Origin: Rhizophagus irregularis
Lineage: Eukaryota
Assembly: GCF_026210795.1 (NCBI RefSeq)
Contig: NC_089432.1
Span: 4,402,001-4,466,000 of the forward strand
DNA: 64,000 bases
Direction of reading: 5' to 3'
Below, in pieces: positions 53,388-64,000 of this stretch. The notes under the pieces are model-generated. The model did not search any database. It was given only the letters and a program-made list of their open reading frames with translations, and had not been told where the DNA came from. Each line of letters begins with the position of its first letter. Within the stretch, counting starts at the first letter, position 1. Both the position numbers and the translations under genes were made by a program.

Positions 53388-55640
53388 TTATTTTTTTTGA
53401 AGTATTTCTAATCTATTTTGTGCATTTTTATATCCTTGCTTAGCAGATTTTTTATACCAATAAATTGCTTTATCTATATCTTTTGTAATTCCTTCTCCAT
53501 TTTCATACATAAAACCAAGATTATGTTCTGCTGTCATTTCTCCTAAATTTGCAGCATTTTGATATAATTCAACTGCTCTTTGTTTATCAATTTTAGTTCC
53601 AATACCATTATTATAGCAATTTCCTAACAGAGTTATCCCACCTAAATCTCCTCCTTCAGCTGATTGCTTAGACAATTCGAATGCTTTATTATAATCTTTT
53701 TTAACACCTATTTCATTTTTATAACAAAGACCAAGATTACGCATAGCAATTATATTTCCATTATTTGCAGCTTTTTCATACCAATAAATAGCCTTTTTTA
53801 TATCTTTATTAATACCTATTCCGTTTCTATAACAGTAATAACCAACATCTAATTGTCCACATGCAAAATTTTTATTAGCTACTTTTTCAAAGTATTCAAA
53901 ACCTAATTTTTCATTTTTTGTAGTTCCAATTCCACGTAGATAACAATCACCAACAAAATATTGTGCTAATATATGATCTTGATTTGATGCATTAATAAAT
54001 AAATTGAAAGATTTTTTATGATCTTCACTTGTTGCAATTCCATAACGATTAAAATATCCAAATAAAAAAATTGAATTTGAACTATTTTGATTATTTGATA
54101 ACCAATTATAAATTTCTTCTGGATTAGTACTAAAATTATTAAGATATTCAATAACTTGCCCTTTTATTAATTTCCATTCAATTCCTTTGTTTGATACATT
54201 ATAAATAAAATCATTTATTTCATCAACTATTGTTGAAAGATTTTCTTGTTTACTTAAAACTACCATAGGATCAATTTCTTTTGTATTCATTTTATTAAAA
54301 TTTTGAATAAGTTGAGATAAATCTCCTTGTAATTCTGAATTATTAGTATTTGAAGCATCATTGACTTCTTGTTCACCTGACAATTGAAAATTTTCTGCAA
54401 TTGCATCTGTTTTTGTAATCATTTCTTTTAAACAACCAACTACTTGAAATATATTTGGACGATTATCTGGTTCACCATCCCAGCACTCTAAATAATAAAT
54501 GTAATTTAAAATTAAGAAAAATAATATTTAAGTAATTACATTTAAAATTTACTTACTAGTATAAATTTTTACATAATTTTTGGGTGTATCAGGAACAACT
54601 GTTTCTCTAAGACCTTGTAAAATCTCTAAAGCTAAACCAACATCATATCCTCCACCTTCAACATAAAAAGGAGGTTGTCCATTGGATATTTCCCATAACA
54701 ATACGCCAACACTGTAAACATCGCTTTTTTCATTTAAATAGTAAATTTGCGATGTTTGGTTATTATTATTTCTTCGTCTATTAAAAATTTTTGGATCAAC
54801 ATAAGGAACCATTCCAAATATTTTGGATTGAACATTTGATGATGCTCCGATTCTTTTTGATAATCCAAAATCCGCCAATTTGATCGTGTTTTGATGAACT
54901 AATATATTACCAGAATGCTATTAAAAAGTTATATATAAACTTAGTAATGCAAATATAATATTATAGACAATGATTGAAGAAGATAAATAAATTACCAGGT
55001 CACGATGGACAATCCCTTCATTATGTAAGCATGACACAGCGCAAGCTAACTGGTATGCCATAATATATTTATCATCCCATGTAAGTTTATCAAAGCTTTT
55101 TTCTAAATAGCTTCGAAGACTGCCATTATTAGCATATTCCATTACTAACATATAATTATTACTAACATGATATTCTAAAGAACAAAAGAAAATATTAAAA
55201 TGTATTTTTTATGAGTAAAATATGTATATTATTAAAGTATCATTATAATACCTGCTGACTCAAATTTCGTTATTCCATGACAATGAATAATATTATCATG
55301 ATAATCAACTTCACGTTGATTTTTTAACTAAATAAATCCAAATTTTAATAAATAAATTTTAATAAACGATGTTTTAATGATAAAAAGAAAAATTTTTTTA
55401 TTCAAAAATTACCTCACGAATAATTTCTTTTACGGTGATATTGTTAAGACTAAAAAAAGACTTTACCGCAAAACATTTATCTAAATTTTTCCAATTTGCA
55501 CGGTACACTTTACCAAAACCTCCGGTACCAATTTCTTGAAAGTTATTAAATTCCTTGTATTCATAATATTTTATATGTTCTTTGTCAATAGCTTCTTCAA
55601 TCCACTTAATCCATTCATTTTTATTCTCGGTATCTTGCAT
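53388..55640 (-). CDS. Tyrosine-kinase-like kinase + Sel1 repeats, apparently intact
   Basis: Exons 55640-55413, 55327-55252, 55174-54996, 54917-54557, 54487-53388; first ATG of the paralogues is ATA here, second ATG (MQDTENK) is available; catalytic motifs intact. Confidence 0.88.
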
Positions 55641-55872
55641 TTTGATATTATCAGATATATTGAATAGTAATAATTTGACAGAAAAGTGTTTAAAACGATC
55701 GTTCAAAGTTGTAAAAAAAAAAAAATATTTTTAGTATTTTTTTATGCAATTTAATTCCCGATAGTCGTACAGTGTCACAAACAAAAGTTGTCAATCACTT
55801 GAATTTTAGCCGCAGTACCGCAGTATTGATATGTTACAAAGTGAAAAGTTAACCTTAGAACCATAGTCCATA

Positions 55873-56450
55873 CGCCGAAAGGACGTTTCCCTGAAAGTGT
55901 ATTTATCGAATCCATTTCACTGAATCATTCATTTTGCTGAATTCCATTTCGCCAAATGGACATTTCACCGAAATGGTAGCGATTAACATTTATATTCATT
56001 GCGCAATGAAAATAAAAATTAAATTATTTTTAGAGAATTTTTTATCCAGGATATTATCACTTCATCATTCAAGTAACTAATATTAGTAATTGTTAAGCAA
56101 TAAATAAATAACTTTGTTTTCCTGAAAATACTATCACGAAAAAATAAGTAAAAAAGTTTAATGTATTATAAACAACGATAAAAATCAGCTAGCAATTAAA
56201 AATTTATCTAGAAAAGATTTTTTATGTATTTAGTATAAAACAGTAAAATAACCAAACGGAATAAATAATTTTTGTGAAATGTCCATTCGGCGAAATGTCC
56301 ATGCTTTGGAGAAATGAAATTCAGAGAAATGGGGTTTTGGTGAAATGGTTCGGTGAAATGTCCTTTCGGCGAAATATCCCTTTGGTGAAATATTCCTTTG
56401 GTGAAATGGCTTCGGCGAAATGGGTTTCGGTGATGAAAAGTCCAGATACC
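55873..56450. mobile_element. MITE of the CATTTCGCCGAA-repeat family, left tip missing
   Basis: CATTTC..CGAA units on the left, TTCGG.GAAATG units on the right, ending AAAGTCCAGATACC. Confidence 0.75.
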
Positions 56451-57004
56451 AATTACATTTCTCTGAATGAACATTTCGCTAAAATGGTAGCGATCAATAT
56501 TAAAGAACAAATTCTTTTTAAACTATTTTTACGATAAAATACCTTTCTTTCAGAATATTATTACTTTAACTTATATTTATTGTTACATAATAATTAATAG
56601 ACGATTTTATTTCAGATAAAATGTATAGTAGTAATTCTAAAGTTCATATAAAAAAAAATTATAATTTTACAATCATAACCAATTAAACAAAATGTTCATT
56701 TAGTGGATATTATTAAATAAAGTAAATATTTTATTCAATTTTACAGTAGTCCTGTTCAGTTTTATCGATCAATTTGTGGTTTGTTTGGTTTTGATCGAAA
56801 ACCACAATTTTAAAACCAAAACCAAGTGAACTGAACCAAAAAAATAAATACACTGTACAAAAGATATAGTATGACTCAGTCATTTTTCATTTACCAACAT
56901 CAAACTAATCAATTCACTTTCTAAACTAAATTTTTTAAATAAATTTTTTTTTTTTATAAGAAAAAAAAAGATCATTACATTTTTTTTTATTAACAGTTTT
57001 TCTT

Positions 57005-57045
57005 ATAATTTTTTTTATTTTTATTTTTATTAGCAGAACACATTT
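57005..57045 (-). mobile_element. 41-bp 5'-truncated A-tailed retro-insertion
   Basis: Perfect 15-bp TSD TTAACAGTTTTTCTT (56990-57004, 57046-57060); A-rich tail on the minus strand; absent from the paralogous site near 53112. Confidence 0.65.
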
Positions 57046-57825
57046 TTAACAGTTTTTCTTTTATTTATTTATTTTATGTGAAGCCGGACAGACTATTCAA
57101 AAGGACATATACCAAACGTGAGTTATCCTACTTCTAGCTATCATCCATCACCAGGATGGACCCAAACTTCTTTAAAGACGTTGGAACCAGCCTGATCCCC
57201 TCTACTACCAAAGGAAGAACAGGAACCACAATTAAAAAGCAAACTAATTAACCCGTATTTTTCTTTCGACAAAAGTCACCACCTGTAAATACTGTCATAG
57301 GTGGAATGTTTCACACTATTTGTAATTGTTAAAATCTATCCTAAAACGAACTATAAATTCAAAACATGAAATACATAATATGAAAACTAAACTAGGTTAA
57401 GTACTAAATTTGAAAATTAAATCTATGTTAGCGGGTAAGAAGTCGTCTTCTTTAGTTTCCCTAAAATCGAAAATACAAAGTTTTTTTGTTAGAGGTATAA
57501 GATCTCCATAATTATGATAATGAGTATATCTTGCGCGATGCTTTTTTGGGTGACGTTCTATTATTTTCGTATCATCAGAGGTATCACCAAGGTCATCTTT
57601 AACATATTCTACATCATTTGGTCAGATAATAGCGTGGTACGGTTTAAAGGGGTAGTGTTCATCCCTATATTTTTTACCAAAATCTGTTATCAAAGTGTTA
57701 AGACATCTTGATGTAAGTATATGTCTATCAGCAACTTTTTTCGTATTTGTTCTAAATGCAAATTTGCGAATTTTATCCATACGCTCGTGAAAGGTATCAT
57801 TCATGCGAGTGAAAAAGGTCATAGC

Positions 57826-58571
57826 CAGAGTAGGGATTGGAATCGATTCCCATTATTAGAATCGATTCTAAAATCGATTAATCGCGATTAATCATTTCGC
57901 AAATACTGATTTTTTTTTATACTATTTATAATAGGTGTGTTTAAACACATATCACGTGATTACAAAAAATTACAGTGATCGACGAACAAATTTCCTTTTT
58001 TGGAAATTTGTACAACCTTGTGTGATAGCAACTTGAATTTTATTGGGAGATAAATTTCCTTTTTAGGAAGTTTGTGTTCCGTCACGTGATTCGCGGGCGG
58101 AATTATGAATTTGGCCAAAATTAACTATTATGAACAAATAATAATTTACGGTCAAATTAACGAAACTGCGCCACAATAAGTAGATTCGATTTTTATTCGA
58201 GATTCGATTTAAAATCGATTCTTATCGATTTTCGATAGTTTCGATTTTAATCGAATCTTTTCCGATCCCTAAGCCAGGGTTGGGAATTGTACTAGTACAG
58301 TACTAATACAGTATAGTACAGTACTAAGTACTGTACTTGTACTTGAAAATTTAGTACAAATACAATTTTAGTACATACTATTAATAAATTTTATTGGTTA
58401 ATTTTATAAATATAAACAATATTGATCACATGATATCTACCTAAAATGGTTAAATTATATCCTAAAAAGTAATAATTGTATTAGTACAGTGTACTTAGTA
58501 CTTGTACGAAATTTTTGCTAGTACAGTACGTACTAGAATTTTGCTAGTACAGGTGTACTACCACAACCCTG
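57826..58571. mobile_element. hAT-like MITE (outer, GTAC-rich)
   Basis: CAGGGTTG...CAACCCTG; 8-bp TSD GTCATAGC (57818-57825, 58572-58579). Confidence 0.88.
57831..58271. mobile_element. hAT-like MITE (inner, ATCGAT-rich) inserted in the left TIR of the outer MITE
   Basis: TAGGGATTGGAA / TTCCGATCCCTA; TSD AGCCAGAG / AGCCAGGG. Confidence 0.88.
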
Positions 58572-60310
58572 GTCATAGCATTTGTACGCCTAAGATAATG
58601 TTTGGCAGCAGTATTGTGATCCCTTATGTCTTTAATGACATTTTCCTCTCATTGAGTCGATCACGTGCTTTGATCTCGTCAATATGATATTCATTTAGAC
58701 CTAGCATATATGCATCTCTCAAGGATAGTCAAATTGTAGTATCCTGTAATAGTGATACGGCATCAATATATTTGGATGCACCTTTGCCATAGTGTTCATC
58801 GATGAGGTTTTCAATGTACCAATCCCTATAAGAGTTTTCTGATGTGTCGTCCCTGCCATTATCGGCTGAAGAGTTATCCTCTTCATCTGAGTCCTAATTT
58901 GTGGTATTATTTCTTGATGTAAGAAGAGTATGAGAAGGAAAAAACCTATCCTTAGCTAGGTGTAAAAGAGCGCGATTCTGATCATATGGAAAATGAAACA
59001 AGAGAATGGTTGGGTAACGTCCAAATAATCCCATATTAAATTTCAAATGCAGGATACATGTATGTATCTTTTGGTGTGAATAAAAAAGGAACTTCCTTTG
59101 ATTCACAAGGCTAATCTTATGCCAAAGTTTGAGAGCTGACCCAGAGTTAGGTTTATTATTATTGAAGATACGTTGACAAGATCTATCAAAACGAGTTTTT
59201 TATCTTGCAGCTGTTCGTGGATTAGAACTTGGTGATTTAGTGAAATTCTCATATATCTTGGTATACATAGGACCAATGGCCTTATTAGGGGGTGAGATTA
59301 TTGAGTTAAGGTCATGTGCTTCGTAACGCATTGTATAAGATATGCCTAATTGATTTGAAAAATCTTTTGCCTCGAGTTATTATTATATTTTTCATAAGTA
59401 ATATTAGCGTGAAAGCTTTTATGATGAGTGATTTTGTTCGAAGGTATTGATATAGCCTTTTCCCTCAAAGGTGAATTTGTGTCTTGAGCGATGAGCGAAT
59501 GGTGTAGGCAACAGGCGTGTCTATTAAAATTTTTAACAAAAGGACACGGTATGTGGCATGGTGTTGTCTTTTGATGAGAAAACTTCCTTGTAGTTGGATT
59601 ATTGCAAGCTACATAGATACCAAAGTGAAATCTGTATCGTTTGTAAAAGAAGTTAAAAAAAGTTTTGGTGATATTATTACTGCACGTGATTTTTCTTTCA
59701 TGTGATGCTATCAGGTTGATTCTATCCAATAACTTGAGTCGTATCATGTTAAAAAATTTGTTCTGAATACGCTGAGAAATAACTCATTGATGTAAAAAAA
59801 AGTGCGTGAGGCATTTTGATATTTGAAATCGATGATTAGGTAATTTACTTGTGGAATGATACCGAATTAGGATTGATGGCATATGATGATCGTTTGTGTA
59901 TATTTTAAGATAAATTTCATTGGTGTCAGGTATTTGATCAACAACCTCAAAAAAGAAACTTTTGGAACGCCTAAATTTGTAGATCTTGTTATAATCTGCT
60001 TTAGATGCAGCGGTCATGTGAAACTTTTTGAAGGAGACCAAGAAAGAAAAGGTTGAAAGTATTGGTGGAGGTAAAGGAGCTTTGACTATGGTAGTTGGAA
60101 GTTACGTTATCCTGTGGTTTAATATTTGTCCCTAAAACATTATCTTTAGCAAGTCCGCCTTCAGGAATATTTCTTCTGCTATCGGAGTGTCTGTCCAACT
60201 GCGGATAAAGCTTCAGAGGTTCATATGAGGCCAAGGAAAAGTTGGTTTTCTTGTTGTTTGAAGATGACATAGTCCCTTAGTATTGGGATAAAATAAGAAC
60301 TAAAACCTCG

Positions 60311-61717
60311 CCCTATAAAAAATATGTATATGGAAAGGATACATTTTGTATACATTTTATGTACGTTTCTATAAATTCTGTATACAAATTCCGTATATTT
60401 AATAAGTAATTCATTTTTAAAAAACTAATGTATAAGAAATGTATACGGAAAAAATTAATCATACGGAATGTATACGGAATTTTTAAACTTAATATTTTTA
60501 GAAGATAATTTTACAAAAATTCCGTATCATAACACGAGATTACATGATTGTTTATTGTTTTGTTATGATACGTTTTTTGTTTTTTATATAAACCCTTACT
60601 TTATCTTCCGATCTTCCTTTCTGTCTTTCCTTTCCTTTCTCTTTCTCTTGTCTTATTTTTGTTATTTTTTCTAAATTTTTCTTCTTTCTTCATCACCCCC
60701 TTTAAAAATAATTTTTTTTTTCGTACCTCACTTTAAAAAAATTTTTTTTTCGTCACTCTCCTTTGAAAAAAAAATTTTTTTTCATCACTCCCTTAAAAAA
60801 AAATTTTTTCTTTTATTTTCACTCTTCTTTTTTTTTAAAAAAAATTTCTTCTTTCTATTTCTATTTCCTCTTTATAAAAAAATTTTTATTTTTCTAACTT
60901 TGACGTCCTCCCTTTAAAAAAAAAATTTTTTTAACTCTCCTAACTTCGTTACCCCTCTTTTTAAAAAAATATTTTTTTTGATTTTATTTATATTTATTCC
61001 TTTTTTTATTTCATAGGCCAGCAGATTTTTTTTTGTGAGAATATTCAGTTTCTTTTTTTTTTTTTGTAGATCAGTTTGGGAGTCCTTTTCTTTTTGTAGG
61101 TTGTTTCAGTTTTGTTGCTTCAGAGTCTTCTTTTTTTGTAGGTCAGTTTTGGATTTATTTTGTTGTTTTGGTTTCTTTTTCATTAGACGCCTCATAATTC
61201 TTTTCTTTTATGTAGGTCAGACATTCTGGAGTTCTCTTTCTTTTTTTGTAGGAATGCTGACCTTTGGTGACTTGGATGATTGCAGATGGGGGTTTTGTTT
61301 CCAATCTTTTTTTTTGTTCTTTTAGGTTGTTTGACTCCAAATGAACCTGAACTTATAGATAATTTAGGTTGCAATAGGTGGTTTTAATAAAGAGGGAATT
61401 TTCATAATGTATTTGTACTTTATTAAATTAAATAAAAAATAAAAAATAAACAAAGTGAAATTAGATTTATGTAAATACAATTATAGTAAACTGTAATACA
61501 AATAGTAAATTCAGTGACCAAATCGTATAAATTTCGTGATAAAATCAGATCAAATCATGTAAATTCCATATAAATCCCGTGCAAATTCCGTATCCAAACC
61601 ATATTTTTGGTAATACGGAATTGTGCATTTTTCCGTATCCTATTATGATACGTTATTTCTAAGGAAAAAAAATCGTATAAAAACTTTATAAAAAACGTAT
61701 CCAATTTTTTTATAGGG
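60311..61717. mobile_element. Non-autonomous CMC/EnSpm-like element
   Basis: TIR CCCTATAAAAAA / TTTTTTATAGGG; 3-bp TSD TCG (60308-60310, 61718-61720); TCCGTA/TACGGA subterminal repeats; low-complexity interior. Confidence 0.82.
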
Positions 61718-62470
61718 TCGTATAATGATCGAGGCGCCTAACAAGGCCTCGTTCCCCTTAGGGTTTTCGTAGAAAACTATATAAAAATAACCAAGTGCAA
61801 ATTACTGCAGAAAACTAACAAAATAAAAAAGGGGGAAAGAGTTTTTTTTTTGTGTTTGAACCCAGTTTTTCTTTTAAACTATTTCTATTTGTACACACCC
61901 GTGTGTAAACACTGATCACGTGATTATTGTCATTTTTCGGTTAACAAATTTCCATGTTTGGAAATTTGTGTAACTTATTTTCATTTTTGCTGAGAAGCAA
62001 AATTGCCTTTTTGGATTGTGTAACGTTACTCTGATTCCCAAAATGGAAATTATAGTAATTTTTGGCTGGAATTATAAAATTTGGCCGAAATTATGGTGCG
62101 TGACATATAATATATGACAAATAAGGTTTTTTTACCGAAAAAAATTTTAAGTCCCTAGAATAAATAGTAAAAATGGAAACTATAGGGATGTGACATGGTG
62201 ACAAATTAATGTGTTTCGCATACTAGTGTACATTAAGAAATTATCTTTCTTTTAATAACTAATTTAAATAACAATGTAAAATTAAAAAATCAAAATATAA
62301 ATGTTTTTTATTCATACCATAGTAAAATAAATTAATAAGTAAAAAAAAAGGTCATGATGTATAAGAATGATTATAAAATTAGGTACTAATCTAACGTTTT
62401 TAAAGCATTATCATCATGTTTACAATCTTAAAATAATAATGATATTTTTAACGAATTTTTTATGAATTAT

Positions 62471-64000
62471 TTATTTTATATTTTTTTGAAGTATTTCTAA
62501 TCTACCTTTTGCTTCTTTATTTCCTTGTTTGGCAGATTTTTCATACCAATGAATTGCTTTGTCTATATCTATTATTGTAATTCCCTCTCCAAGTTCATAT
62601 ATAGTACCAAGATTATATTGTGCTACCATTTCTCCTAGATTTGCAGCATTTTGATATAATTCAAATGCTCTTTGCTTATCAATTTTAGTTCCAATACCAT
62701 AATTATAACAATATCCTAACAGAGTTATTCCACCTAAATCTCCTCCTTCAGCTGATTTCTTAGACAATTCAAAAGCTTTATTATAATCTTTTTCAACACT
62801 ACTTTCAGCTATATAACAATAACTAAGATTACGCATAGCTATTATATTTCCATTATCTGCAGCTTTTTCATACCAATAAATAGCCTTTTTAAGTCTTTGC
62901 TAATACCTATTCCATATTCATAACAATAATAACCAATACCTAATTGTCCACGTGCAAAATTTTTATTAGCCACTTTTTCAAAGTATTCAAAAACTAATTT
63001 TTCGTTTTTTGTAGTTCCAGTTCCATATAGATAACAATGGCCAACAAAATATTGTGCTAATATATGATTTTGATTTGATGCATTAATAAATAAATTGAAA
63101 GATTTTTTATGATCTTCACTTGTTGCAATTCCATAACGATTAAAATATCCAAATAAAAAAATTGAATTTGGACTATTTTGATTATTTGATAACCAATTAT
63201 AAATTTCTTCTGAATTAGTATTATAATTACTATTAAGATATTCGATAAATTGCCTTTTTATTAATTTCCAAGCAGTTCCTTTGTTTGATAATTTGTAAAT
63301 AAAATCACTTATTTCATCAATTAATCTGTTAAAATCTTTTTCAGTTGTAAGATTCTTTTGTTTACTTAAAACTACCATAGAATCAATTTCTTTTGTATTC
63401 ATTTTATTAAAATCTTGAATAAGTTGAGATAAATCTCCTTGTGATTCTGAATTATTAGTATTTGAAGCATCATTGATTTCTTGTTCACCTGACAATTGAA
63501 AATTTTCTGTAATTGCATCTGTTTTTGTAATCATTTCTTTTAAACAATCAACTACTTGATATATATTCGGACGATTATCTGGTTCACCATCCCAGCACTC
63601 TAAATAATAAATGTAATTTAAGATTAGGAAAAATAACATTTAAGTAATTACATTTAAAATTTACTTACTAGTATAAATTTTTACATAATTTTCGGGTGTA
63701 TCAGGAACAATTGTTTCTCTAAGACCTTGTAAAATCTCTAAAGCTAAACCGACATCATATCCTTCACCTTCAACATAAAAAGGAGGTAGACCATTGGATA
63801 TTTCCCATAACAGTACGCCAACACTGTAAACATCGCTTTTTTCATTTAATGAGTAAATTTGGGATGTTTGATTATTATTATTTCTTCGTCTATTAAAAAT
63901 TTTTGGATCAACATAAGGTACCATTCCAAATATTTTGGATTGAATATTTGATGACGCTCCAATTCTTTTTGATAATCCAAAATCCGCCAATTTGATCGTA
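62471..64000 (-). pseudogene. Kinase + Sel1 paralogue (5' part outside window), 1-nt frameshift in the Sel1 exon
   Basis: Exon 4 ends 63669, exon 5 is 63599-62471; T5 instead of T6 at 62886-62890 relative to paralogues (could be a homopolymer sequencing error). Confidence 0.8.

Larger units (their letters stand above)
57064..62245 (-). mobile_element. ~5.2 kb A-tailed insertion with a long decayed ORF (60270 to ~57410) of unknown function
   Basis: Absent from the duplicated flank at ~53120; TTTCTTTTA at both edges (57055-57063, 62246-62254); (TAAA)n tail; ORF fragments 60001-60270, 59784-60041, 59346-59747, 58894-59106 and 57622-57822 all lie on the minus strand. Confidence 0.65.

Noticed and set aside
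52404..56450. Pack-MULE carrying a kinase gene
   Set aside because: No matching TSD outside the two ends; better explained as two partial MITEs at a duplication junction
60468..61374. Phe- or Lys-rich ORFs
   Set aside because: Products of low-complexity T-tracts inside the CMC-like element

Overview
Very AT-rich, intron-containing eukaryotic DNA. Its gene families (protein kinase + Sel1-like-repeat genes, BTB-BACK-TLDc, a Crinkler N-terminus, a restriction-endonuclease-like domain fused to a kinase) point by inference to an arbuscular mycorrhizal fungus (Glomeromycotina, Rhizophagus-like). The backbone is an array of about nine kinase/Sel1 paralogues in every state: intact, mosaic, kinase-deleted, MITE-disrupted, frameshifted and fragmentary. 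A ~24 kb transposon nest interrupts the array. Its centrepiece is a Helitron with both ends (41657-49825, minus strand), inserted in a LINE remnant. Its Rep-Pif1 ORF is split by a Crypton-type tyrosine-recombinase element whose ends look like recombination half-sites and include a 147-bp palindrome. Also present: a decayed zinc-knuckle/NMP-kinase unit, a 5.2 kb A-tailed insertion with no recognisable reverse transcriptase, two solo-LTR-like elements, and many MITEs with readable target-site duplications (TSDs). All calls come from manual reading; no database searches were run.
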